Positions 11,382-18,982 of a stretch of DNA of 64,000 bases are shown here, piece by piece. The DNA is taken from positions 7,154-71,153 of the forward strand of contig NZ_JBGSRI010000036.1 in NCBI RefSeq assembly GCF_041737645.1, given 5' to 3'. The notes below the pieces were generated by a model. It was not told where the DNA came from and did not search any database. It saw only the letters and a list, made by a program, of their open reading frames with translations. Position 1 is the stretch's first letter. Each line of letters starts with the position of its first letter. The stretch comes from Sphingorhabdus sp. (GTDB lineage: Bacteria; Pseudomonadota; Alphaproteobacteria; Sphingomonadales; Sphingomonadaceae). Made by a program: the position numbers and the translations under genes.

Positions 11382-12163
11382 CCCGCCTCTCTGCCGCCTT
11401 CTCAAAACCACACGCCGCACTTGTCACCTTCATCACCGCTGGCGACGGAGACACCGCTGCTAATCTCGACGCGCTGGTCTCGGGCGGGGCGGATGTCATT
11501 GAGCTGGGGATGCCCTTTACCGACCCGATGGCAGACGGACCCGTCATTCAGGAGGCGAATATACGCAGCCTTGGCGCTGGCACCACTACCGCCGACATTT
11601 TCGCTCATGCCACCGCATTCCGCGCCCGTCATCCCGAAACGCCATTGGTGCTGATGGGCTATGCCAATCCGATGACGATCCGGGGCGGGGAATGGTTTGC
11701 ATCCGAATGCAACAAGGCAGGCGTCGACGGGGTGATTTGTGTGGACATACCGCCAGAAGAAGACGCCGAACTCGGTCCGTTGCTGCGTTCTGCGGGAATC
11801 GACCTGATCCGCCTTGCCACGCCGACAACCGACAAAGCACGCTTACCCACGGTACTCGATGGTGCATCCGGATTTCTCTATTATGTGAGCGTCGCCGGCA
11901 TCACCGGCCAGCAACAGGCTGTGCAAACCAGCATTGACGAGGCGGTCACCCGCTTGAAAGCCTATACCGACCTGCCCGTCGCCGTCGGCTTCGGAGTCCG
12001 CACGCCGGAACAAGCCGCCAACATCGCCCGTGTGGCAGATGGCGTAGTTGTCGGGTCCGCCCTTGTAGAACTGGTGGCGGAGCATGGCATTAACGCCGCT
12101 GGCGCTCTGCGCGATTATGTGGCATCCCTGAAACACGCAATCGTCGCAGCTAGAAAGGCCTGA
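11378..12163 (+). CDS. trpA: tryptophan synthase alpha chain
   Basis: [17 protein letters not shown] and [10 protein letters not shown] motifs. The likely TTG start at 11378 overlaps the trpB TGA (11379-11381). The longest ORF (from 11213) would run inside trpB. Confidence 0.9.
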   Translation: MTRLSAAFSKPHAALVTFITAGDGDTAANLDALVSGGADVIELGMPFTDPMADGPVIQEANIRSLGAGTTTADIFAHATAFRARHPETPLVLMGYANPMTIRGGEWFASECNKAGVDGVICVDIPPEEDAELGPLLRSAGIDLIRLATPTTDKARLPTVLDGASGFLYYVSVAGITGQQQAVQTSIDEAVTRLKAYTDLPVAVGFGVRTPEQAANIARVADGVVVGSALVELVAEHGINAAGALRDYVASLKHAIVAARKA

Positions 12164-12165
12164 AA

Positions 12166-13020
12166 ATGAACTGGGTCACCCGAGTCCGCAACGCCATACC
12201 CTTCATCGCCAAGCGCGAAACGGCCGAAACGCTCTGGCACAAGTGCAAGGGCTGCAACGCGATGATTTTCCTTAAGGAATTTGAGGAAAACCAATCGGTT
12301 TGCCCAAAATGCGACCATCATGGCCGCATCGGACCCGCCGAACGCTTTGCCGCCTTGTTCGATGATGACAGTTACGATGTGCTGAAGCCGCCGGTCGTGG
12401 GCGAAGATCCGTTGAAGTTCAAGGATACCAAAAAATACACCGACCGCATCAAAGCCGCCCGTCTCGCCACCGGAGAGCAAGACGCCATGATCAGCGCCAA
12501 GGGCGAAGTTAACGGTCAAACTGCCGTTATCAGCGTTCAGGATTTTGCGTTCATGGGCGGATCGATGGGCATGGCCGTGGGCGAAGCTTTCGTCGATGCA
12601 GTAAGGGCCGCAATCCGCGCCAAATGCCCCTATATCATCTTCACCGCTGCCGGAGGGGCGCGGATGCAGGAAGGGATATTGTCTCTGATGCAAATGCCGC
12701 GTTCTACAGTGGCGATACAGATGCTGCATGAGGCAGGCCTGCCCTATATCGTCGTGCTGACCGATCCGACCACCGGCGGTGTGACGGCGTCCTATGCGAT
12801 GCTGGGCGACGTTCAGATTGCAGAACCAGGGGCTCTCATCGGTTTTGCGGGGCAGCGGGTGATTGAACAGACAATTCGCGAAAAGCTGCCTGAAGGTTTC
12901 CAGCGTGCAGAGTACCTGCTTGAGCATGGCATGATTGACATGGTCACGCACCGCCACGACCTGCGCGGAGTACTGTCGCAGCTGATTGGATATCTCGCGC
13001 CCGAGAAAAAGGCAGCTTAA
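12166..13020 (+). CDS. accD: acetyl-CoA carboxylase carboxyltransferase beta subunit
   Basis: N-terminal Zn ribbon CKGCNAMIF...CPKCDHH and carboxyltransferase core FMGGSMG. Confidence 0.95.
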   Translation: MNWVTRVRNAIPFIAKRETAETLWHKCKGCNAMIFLKEFEENQSVCPKCDHHGRIGPAERFAALFDDDSYDVLKPPVVGEDPLKFKDTKKYTDRIKAARLATGEQDAMISAKGEVNGQTAVISVQDFAFMGGSMGMAVGEAFVDAVRAAIRAKCPYIIFTAAGGARMQEGILSLMQMPRSTVAIQMLHEAGLPYIVVLTDPTTGGVTASYAMLGDVQIAEPGALIGFAGQRVIEQTIREKLPEGFQRAEYLLEHGMIDMVTHRHDLRGVLSQLIGYLAPEKKAA

Positions 13021-13034
13021 ACCGCAATTCCCGA

Positions 13035-13064
13035 CCTTGGATCCCCGCCTGCGCGGGGATGACA
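13035..13064 (+). repeat. 30-nt hairpin repeat unit, copy R1 (ccttGGATCCCCGCCTGCGCGGGGATGACA)
   Basis: Internal 8-bp stem ATCCCCGC/GCGGGGAT with a 4-nt loop. Matches the reverse complement of R2 at 29 of 30 positions. Confidence 0.9.
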
Positions 13065-13170
13065 GTGAGAGGGCCGATATCGCGTAAATCTGTAAGTGAC
13101 AAAAGAGTATTGGATGATAAAATCGTTTCGGATCACAAATATGTGACCTTCGCGACCATGACATCCTTTT

Positions 13171-13200
13171 TGTCATCCCCGCGCAGGCGGGGATCCATGG
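13171..13200 (-). repeat. 30-nt hairpin repeat unit, copy R2 (inverted orientation)
   Basis: TGTCATCCCCGCGCAGGCGGGGATCCATGG. Its 26-nt core is the exact reverse complement of 13039-13064. It ends 8 nt before the GIY-YIG start codon. Confidence 0.9.
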
Positions 13201-13207
13201 TCTACAC

Positions 13208-13501
13208 TTGCAACCAACCTACTTCGTCTACATCATGGCCAGCCAGAAAAATGGTACTACCTACATCGGCGTCACCAACGACCTTTATCGCCGTGTGCAT
13301 GAGCATCGCGAAAAACTTTATTCAGGCTTTTCTAGTGAAAATCGCACAACACGCTTGGTATATTATGAACAATATGTTGGTGTGCGGGACGCGATAAAGC
13401 GAGAAAAGCAGTTGAAAAAGTGGAACCGCGCTTGGAAGATAAATCTTATCGAACAAAACAACCCAGAGTGGCGCGATTTATGGTTCGACTTAAACCGGTA
13501 G
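13208..13501 (+). CDS. GIY-YIG nuclease family protein (small URI-domain type)
   Basis: 97 aa: YFVYIM...GTTYIGVTNDLYRRVHEH...Y.E....AIKREKQLKKW, matching the GIY-YIG/URI signature. TTG start. Confidence 0.85.
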   Translation: MQPTYFVYIMASQKNGTTYIGVTNDLYRRVHEHREKLYSGFSSENRTTRLVYYEQYVGVRDAIKREKQLKKWNRAWKINLIEQNNPEWRDLWFDLNR

Positions 13502-13507
13502 TTCCGA

Positions 13508-13537
13508 CCATGGATCCCCGCCTTCGCGGGCGTAACA
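13508..13537 (+). repeat. 30-nt hairpin repeat unit, copy R3 (diverged)
   Basis: CCATGGATCCCCGCCTTCGCGGGCGTAACA matches the reverse complement of R2 at 26 of 30 positions. It starts 7 nt after the GIY-YIG stop. Like R1 it is preceded by CCGACC. Confidence 0.8.
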
Positions 13538-13597
13538 AAGTAGAACAAGTGGATGACTAAGGTAAGTGAAAAGACAAATGTCTGTTGAACCAAACTA

Positions 13598-14935
13598 ATG
13601 CCTGATCACGCAATCTCCACCGACTCTGCCGTTCAAGCACAACTCGACCGGTTGACCATGTTGTCCCCCGGGCGCGATGTTCTCGGGTTGGAACGGATTG
13701 CAGCTTTGCTCGACCGGCTTGGTAACCCGCACCACCACCTGCCGCCGGTGTTCCATGTTGCAGGAACGAACGGCAAGGGTTCGACCTGCGCCTTCCTCCG
13801 CAGCGCAATCGAGGCGACCGGAATGACAACCCATGTCTATTCCAGCCCGCATCTGGTGCGTTTCAATGAACGTATTCGGGTGGCGGGGCGGCTGATTGAG
13901 GATGGAATACTGGCCTCGCTTCTAACCGAAGTGCTGGACCACGCCGAAGGACTGCAGGCGAGTTTCTTTGAAGTCACGACAGCTGTCGCATTCCTCGCCT
14001 TTGCCCGTACTCCCGCAGATGCCTGCATCGTTGAAGTTGGATTGGGCGGTCGGCTTGATGCCACCAATGTTCTCGTCAAGCCTGTGGCGTGCGGTATCGC
14101 ATCCCTTGGCATTGATCACGAAGCCTTTTTGCTTGCTCCCGAAGTTGGCACACCAAACGCGCCTTTGGACCGCATTGCTTTTGAAAAGGCAGGGATCGCT
14201 AAAGCCGGATCTCCCCTGCTTACACAAAAATATACCGCGTCGATGAGCGATACTATTTTGGAAACCGCTGCTCGAACGGGTGCAAAACTAATGGCCCGCG
14301 GAACTCTTTGGGATGCCGCTGCCTATGAAGGGCGCCTGCATTATCGTGACGAAAATGGGAAGCTTACCCTTCACCTGCCCCGCATGTCCGGCTCCCATCA
14401 GGCCGACAACGCCGCACTCGCCATTGCAATGCTGCGCCACCAGACGGCGCTTAATATCCCCGAAGCCGCTTTGTCCGCTGCGATGGAATGGACCCGTTGG
14501 CCCGCGCGTATGCAGTTACTCGCCGCGGGTCCGGTCACAGCGCAGTTACCGGAAAACTCAAACATCTGGCTTGATGGAGGACATAATCCCGATGCAGGTG
14601 ACGCCATCGCAAAAACCCTAGAAAGTGGTCCGCAGGTTCACGTCATACTGGGCATGTTGAAAAACAAGGACGCGATGGGTTTTATCAAACCTTTTGCTGC
14701 AAAAATCGTATCACTTCATGCGGTACCGGTGCCCGGGCACGAACATCATGATCCCGAAGATTTATGCAGACTGGTGCAAGACGAGCTGGGTATCGTCAAC
14801 GCCAGTCCGGTGAATAATGTGTCCACAGCGTTGGCCCGGATTGCAGCTGAAGGTCAGCCGGGCGACCTATTGATCTGCGGCTCGCTTTACCTTGCCGGCG
14901 AAGTCTTGCGCGCCAACAATCAAATTCCCGACTAA
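13598..14935 (+). CDS. folC: bifunctional folylpolyglutamate synthase / dihydrofolate synthase
   Basis: P-loop VAGTNGKGST, Mur-ligase-like middle domain, 445 aa. In the conserved position after accD. Confidence 0.9.
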   Translation: MPDHAISTDSAVQAQLDRLTMLSPGRDVLGLERIAALLDRLGNPHHHLPPVFHVAGTNGKGSTCAFLRSAIEATGMTTHVYSSPHLVRFNERIRVAGRLIEDGILASLLTEVLDHAEGLQASFFEVTTAVAFLAFARTPADACIVEVGLGGRLDATNVLVKPVACGIASLGIDHEAFLLAPEVGTPNAPLDRIAFEKAGIAKAGSPLLTQKYTASMSDTILETAARTGAKLMARGTLWDAAAYEGRLHYRDENGKLTLHLPRMSGSHQADNAALAIAMLRHQTALNIPEAALSAAMEWTRWPARMQLLAAGPVTAQLPENSNIWLDGGHNPDAGDAIAKTLESGPQVHVILGMLKNKDAMGFIKPFAAKIVSLHAVPVPGHEHHDPEDLCRLVQDELGIVNASPVNNVSTALARIAAEGQPGDLLICGSLYLAGEVLRANNQIPD

Positions 14936-14942
14936 CCCCGTG

Positions 14943-14974
14943 GTTGTCATTCCAGCGATAGCGGGAACGACAAC
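14943..14974. terminator. intergenic hairpin between convergent folC and ampG (possible diverged copy of the 13-kb repeat family)
   Basis: GTTGTCATTCC / GGGAACGACAAC form an 11-bp stem with one mismatch and a 9-nt loop. There is no clear U-tract. The GTCATTCC..GCGGGAA core resembles the R units. Confidence 0.4.
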
Positions 14975-14988
14975 ATTAGAGCAGCGGA

Positions 14989-16545
14989 CTAGGCTACCTT
15001 CGCCGGCTGCCCCTTCCACGCCAGTAATCCGCCTGCCACCAATAACGCCGCAAAAATCGCAGTCAGACTATTGGCAAACTCCAACGGTCCCGACAGCAGC
15101 AATCCGATCAGGCCAGCGACAACCAACAGGAATCCGGCAATTCTGATTGGCCCCACCGGTTCCCTCAGCTTCGTTTCATCAACCGCCTCGGTCTGCCGGA
15201 TACCTTGGACAACATAGCCTTTGCTCCACAAAAGCCAGAGCAGGAACATGCCCGGAATCGCCGCGACAATGGTGAATCCCCAGAACCAGAACCAGCCTAC
15301 GTTTTCCGCGATTATACCCGCAGGCCCAGCCATGAAAGTCCGCCCGACCCCCGCGAAGGACGACAGCAACGCGAACTGTGTTGCGGTGTAAGCGATGCTC
15401 GACAGGCCCGACAAGTAAGTCGCAAACACTGTAAGTCCGATACCGCTGGTCAAATTCTCGGTGCAGATCGCCGCGACCATCATCCAGTAACTGTTGCCGG
15501 TTGCGGCAAGAAGCATGAACATGCCGTTCGAAAACATCATGAGCAGGCCGGAAATCAGCAAAGCGCGGCCCATGCCGAGCCAGAGGATAAAGGGCGCGCC
15601 CAACGCAGAGCCAACGATCAACGCGCCAAAACCCCATAGCTTGTTCGCCGTAATATAATCCGTATCGGAAAAGCCCAGATCGACGATCATCGGACTAAGC
15701 ATCGCCTGACCCATCGCGTCGCCGACCTTATAAACCAGCACAAAGCCCAAAATGATAAACGCGCCATGCCGCGTCAGAAATTCGCGAAAAGGGTTCACGA
15801 CCGCTTCCGTCAGCCATTGACCCGGCGTCTTGCCCGCAACATGTGAATAGCGATCGACAAACTTGCCAGGCCCTGCCCACAAAGCGCCGATAATCGCGGG
15901 GATAATGGCAAAGGCTGTCAGGCCGTAGGCTGTCGCCCAACCAAGACCTAGACCCTCTTGCGAAGCAAAATAGATCGTTCCTGCACCAGCAATCAGATTA
16001 CCTGTGCGATAGCCGAACTGGTTGGTCGCAGTGCCGTGTGCAAATTCATCCTCTTCGAGTATTTCAATCCTATATGCGTCGATGACGATGTCCTGCGTCG
16101 CCGACAGGAAGGCCGTAATTAGAGCCCAGACGGCGAACAGTCCCATATTGCCCTGCTGAGGGTTGCTCGCGCCCAATTGCCAGATCGAGAAAAACAGCAA
16201 CGCCTGAATGAAGAACAGCCAGCCTCGCCGTTGCCCGAAGGTTTTCGTCAGAAATGGCAACGGTAATTTGTCGACCAGTGGCGCCCAAAGGAACTTGATT
16301 GTATAAGGGATTCCGAGCGCCACCATGAAGCCGATAGTCGCCGTATCAATTCCGATTCGTGCCAACCAGAAAGTCATCGTGGCGATGAGCAATGTCAGCG
16401 GAAATCCACTCGAAACGCCGAGCAAAAAAGCAATAGCCGGATTTTTGCGTAAATAAGGCCGGAACGTTTTGCTCGTCATCGCGACCATTGCGACTGCGAC
16501 CAATATGCCGACAAAAATCAAGAAACGCATTAAATCGACTGACAT
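14989..16545 (-). CDS. ampG: AmpG family muropeptide MFS transporter
   Basis: Polytopic membrane protein with AmpG-like motifs (GVSSGFPLTL, WAPLVDK, GQRRGW). I chose the ATG at 16545 because GGAGG lies 7 nt upstream; the longest ORF starts at 16587. It carries a C-terminal extra hydrophobic extension. Confidence 0.8.
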   Translation of the reverse strand: MSVDLMRFLIFVGILVAVAMVAMTSKTFRPYLRKNPAIAFLLGVSSGFPLTLLIATMTFWLARIGIDTATIGFMVALGIPYTIKFLWAPLVDKLPLPFLTKTFGQRRGWLFFIQALLFFSIWQLGASNPQQGNMGLFAVWALITAFLSATQDIVIDAYRIEILEEDEFAHGTATNQFGYRTGNLIAGAGTIYFASQEGLGLGWATAYGLTAFAIIPAIIGALWAGPGKFVDRYSHVAGKTPGQWLTEAVVNPFREFLTRHGAFIILGFVLVYKVGDAMGQAMLSPMIVDLGFSDTDYITANKLWGFGALIVGSALGAPFILWLGMGRALLISGLLMMFSNGMFMLLAATGNSYWMMVAAICTENLTSGIGLTVFATYLSGLSSIAYTATQFALLSSFAGVGRTFMAGPAGIIAENVGWFWFWGFTIVAAIPGMFLLWLLWSKGYVVQGIRQTEAVDETKLREPVGPIRIAGFLLVVAGLIGLLLSGPLEFANSLTAIFAALLVAGGLLAWKGQPAKVA

Positions 16546-16655
16546 CCGGACCCCTCCGATAGTATTTGTCCGAATGACTAACGCCATTTTCCTGAATGGC
16601 CAGTGACTTTAACAGTGACGTGACTTTTCAGTCGCAATGCGTCAAAGGCGCAAAC

Positions 16656-17501
16656 ATGGCTAAACCACCGACCAGAGCGCCCGCGCGCGCCGCCAAACCG
16701 CCCCGCCTGCGCTGGGACACTAAAACTGTGCGCAAACCGCGGCCTGATGCTGCCCCATCGAAGGGTGCGCTGGAGCGTGCCGACGGTGAGGAGCGCATCG
16801 CCAAACTGCTCGCGCGCGCCGGTGTTGCCTCGCGGCGGGAAATTGAGCGGATGATTGCCGATGGCCGGATTACCCTGAATGGCGAGAAAGTGGAAACGCC
16901 CGCGACCCTGCTGAAATCGCTGCATGGAGTCGCCGTGGACGGCCAGGCTGTGGGGCAGCCGGCGCCTACCCAATTGTACCTCTTTCACAAGCCCGAAGGC
17001 TGCCTGACTGCTGAACGCGACTTTAGCGGTCGCAAGACGATTTACGATGTGCTGCCCAAGGATCTGCCGCGGCTGATGCCTATTGGTCGGCTCGATCTGA
17101 ATACCGAGGGCTTGTTGCTGCTGACCAATGACGGCGAATTCAAACGACAGATGGAATTGCCCTCGACCGGCGTCGAACGCACCTATCGTGCGCGCTGTTT
17201 TGGCGATGTTTCACAGGACCAGTTGGAAGAACTGATACACGGCATCGACATTGATGGCGTTCGATATGGCAAGATCGACGCCAATCTGGAGCGTCGGACC
17301 GGACGCAATGGCTGGCTGGAAATGACCCTGACCGAAGGTAAGAACCGCGAAGTACGCCGCGTGCTCGAACATCTCGGCCTTGAAGTCAGCCGCCTGATCC
17401 GAACCCGTTATGGCTCGTTTACACTGGGCGAGATGCCCCCCGGAACCGTCGGAGAGGTCCGAAGGGTGGATCTGATCGAATTTCGAAAGACATTGAAATA
17501 A
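16656..17501 (+). CDS. rluB: 23S rRNA pseudouridine synthase, RluB/RsuA family, with S4 domain
   Basis: S4 domain (RIAKLLARAGVASRREIERMI), catalytic GRLDLNTEGLLLLTNDGE, and a basic Pro/Lys/Arg-rich N-terminus. I chose the ATG at 16656; the longest ORF starts at 16596. Confidence 0.8.
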   Translation: MAKPPTRAPARAAKPPRLRWDTKTVRKPRPDAAPSKGALERADGEERIAKLLARAGVASRREIERMIADGRITLNGEKVETPATLLKSLHGVAVDGQAVGQPAPTQLYLFHKPEGCLTAERDFSGRKTIYDVLPKDLPRLMPIGRLDLNTEGLLLLTNDGEFKRQMELPSTGVERTYRARCFGDVSQDQLEELIHGIDIDGVRYGKIDANLERRTGRNGWLEMTLTEGKNREVRRVLEHLGLEVSRLIRTRYGSFTLGEMPPGTVGEVRRVDLIEFRKTLK

Positions 17502-18052
17502 TGCGGATCATTGCCGGCCAGTGGCGGTCACGCCCTTTGGTGGCGCCCAAGGGGGATACAACGCGTCCAACGGCGGATCGCACCCGTGAAACACTGTTTT
17601 CCATGTTAAATAGTCGCCTCGGTTCGTTTGAGGACTTGGCGGTACTGGACCTGTTTGCCGGATCGGGCGCTTTGGGGCTGGAAGCTTTGTCGCGCGGCGC
17701 GGCGCATTGCACATTCGTCGAGCAGGACGCCAGCGCCCTGAAAGCGCTGGAAACCAATATCGACAAGCTCGGGGCCAAGGCGCAGTCCGACATACGCCGT
17801 GGCTCGGTGCTTTCACTGGGTTCGGCCATCAAGCCTTTCGATCTTGTCTTGATGGACCCGCCTTATGCCAGCGGCGCAGGTTCGGTCGCGCTCGACAAAT
17901 TGGCACGCTTGCGCTGGTTTGCGCCATCCGCATGGATTAGCGTCGAGACGGACACCAAGGAAACTATCGACGTCAAAGGCTTTGTGATCGACACCGTGCG
18001 CGATGTCGGAAAAGCCCGGCTGACGCTGCTTCGCCAGGACGAAATAATGTGA
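17501..18052 (+). CDS. rsmD: 16S rRNA (guanine966-N2)-methyltransferase
   Basis: MRIIAG..R, SAM-binding DLFAGSGALGLEALSRGA and MDPPY motifs. TAATG overlap with rluB. Confidence 0.85.
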   Translation: MRIIAGQWRSRPLVAPKGDTTRPTADRTRETLFSMLNSRLGSFEDLAVLDLFAGSGALGLEALSRGAAHCTFVEQDASALKALETNIDKLGAKAQSDIRRGSVLSLGSAIKPFDLVLMDPPYASGAGSVALDKLARLRWFAPSAWISVETDTKETIDVKGFVIDTVRDVGKARLTLLRQDEIM

Positions 18053-18972
18053 CCAGCCCCAGAATATCGGGTGGCGATTGGGGCATCATCATGCTGCTGT
18101 CGCTGATATGGGGCGGTGCGTTCTTCCTGATTGCGCTTGGTTTGCGCAGCTTTCCGCCGATCACCCTTGCCTTTCTGCGGATGGCGCTTGCGGTGCCCCC
18201 CATGCTGATCGCACTGGCATATCTGGGGCAGAAACTGCCAACTGACCGCCGGAGTTGGCAGCAGTTATTTGTGTTGGGCGCGTTGAACGCTGCCTTTCCT
18301 TTCATGCTTTTTTTCTGGGGCCAATCCCATATCAGTACCGGGCTCGGGTCCATATTGAATGCGACGACACCTTTATGGGGTGTCGTTCTTGCCCATCTGT
18401 TCACGCGGCATGAAAAAGCCACGCCGTCGCGGATCGTGGGCGTATTGCTCGGGCTGGCCGGCATCATCGTGATGGTGGGAACCGGCGCGCTCAAGGGGAT
18501 GACGAGCGATGTTCTGGCGCAAGTCGCCTGCCTTTTTGCGACTGTACTTTATGCAGTTGCGGCAATTTACGGGCGCACATTGTCGCAATCAACGATGACC
18601 CCGATTGTGGTCGCCACGGGCCAGGTGTTCACTGCGGCGATTCTCATCCTGCCGTTCATGCTGTTTTTCGACCATCCCTGGACCCTGCCCTTCGCCCGTT
18701 GGGATGCGTGGGTGGGTGCGATTGGCCTAGCCATACCATCAACGGCTTTTGCCTATTTCCTCTATTTCCGGTTGATCGACCGGGCGGGCGCATCCAATGC
18801 CATGCTTGTTGCGTTTATTCAGCCCGTCGTCGCAATCATCCTTGGCGTCCTTGTACTTGGGGAATCCTTTGCGACAAAGGAAATGATCGGTGCCGCGCTG
18901 ATTGCGCTGGGACTTGTCGCAATCGACGGACGGGTGTTTGCAAAGCTTGCGCGGAGCCGTTCCGTTCCCTAA
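18049..18972 (+). CDS. DMT superfamily (EamA-like) transporter
   Basis: 307 aa with about 10 predicted TM helices and duplicated EamA-like halves. The GTG start overlaps the rsmD stop. Confidence 0.8.
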   Translation: MTSPRISGGDWGIIMLLSLIWGGAFFLIALGLRSFPPITLAFLRMALAVPPMLIALAYLGQKLPTDRRSWQQLFVLGALNAAFPFMLFFWGQSHISTGLGSILNATTPLWGVVLAHLFTRHEKATPSRIVGVLLGLAGIIVMVGTGALKGMTSDVLAQVACLFATVLYAVAAIYGRTLSQSTMTPIVVATGQVFTAAILILPFMLFFDHPWTLPFARWDAWVGAIGLAIPSTAFAYFLYFRLIDRAGASNAMLVAFIQPVVAIILGVLVLGESFATKEMIGAALIALGLVAIDGRVFAKLARSRSVP

Positions 18973-18982
18973 CTGTTCGCTG

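Noticed and set aside
12115-13176. 353-aa minus-strand ORF covering accD and the repeat region.
   Set aside because: It is antisense to accD, which has unmistakable motifs. The ORF is Arg/His/Gly-rich and low in complexity with no family resemblance. This is a typical shadow ORF of GC-rich DNA.
13059-13397. 112-aa plus-strand ORF spanning the repeat doublet and the start of the GIY-YIG gene.
   Set aside because: It lies in a different frame from the well-supported GIY-YIG ORF. Its SSPRRRGS peptide is simply the translated hairpin repeat.
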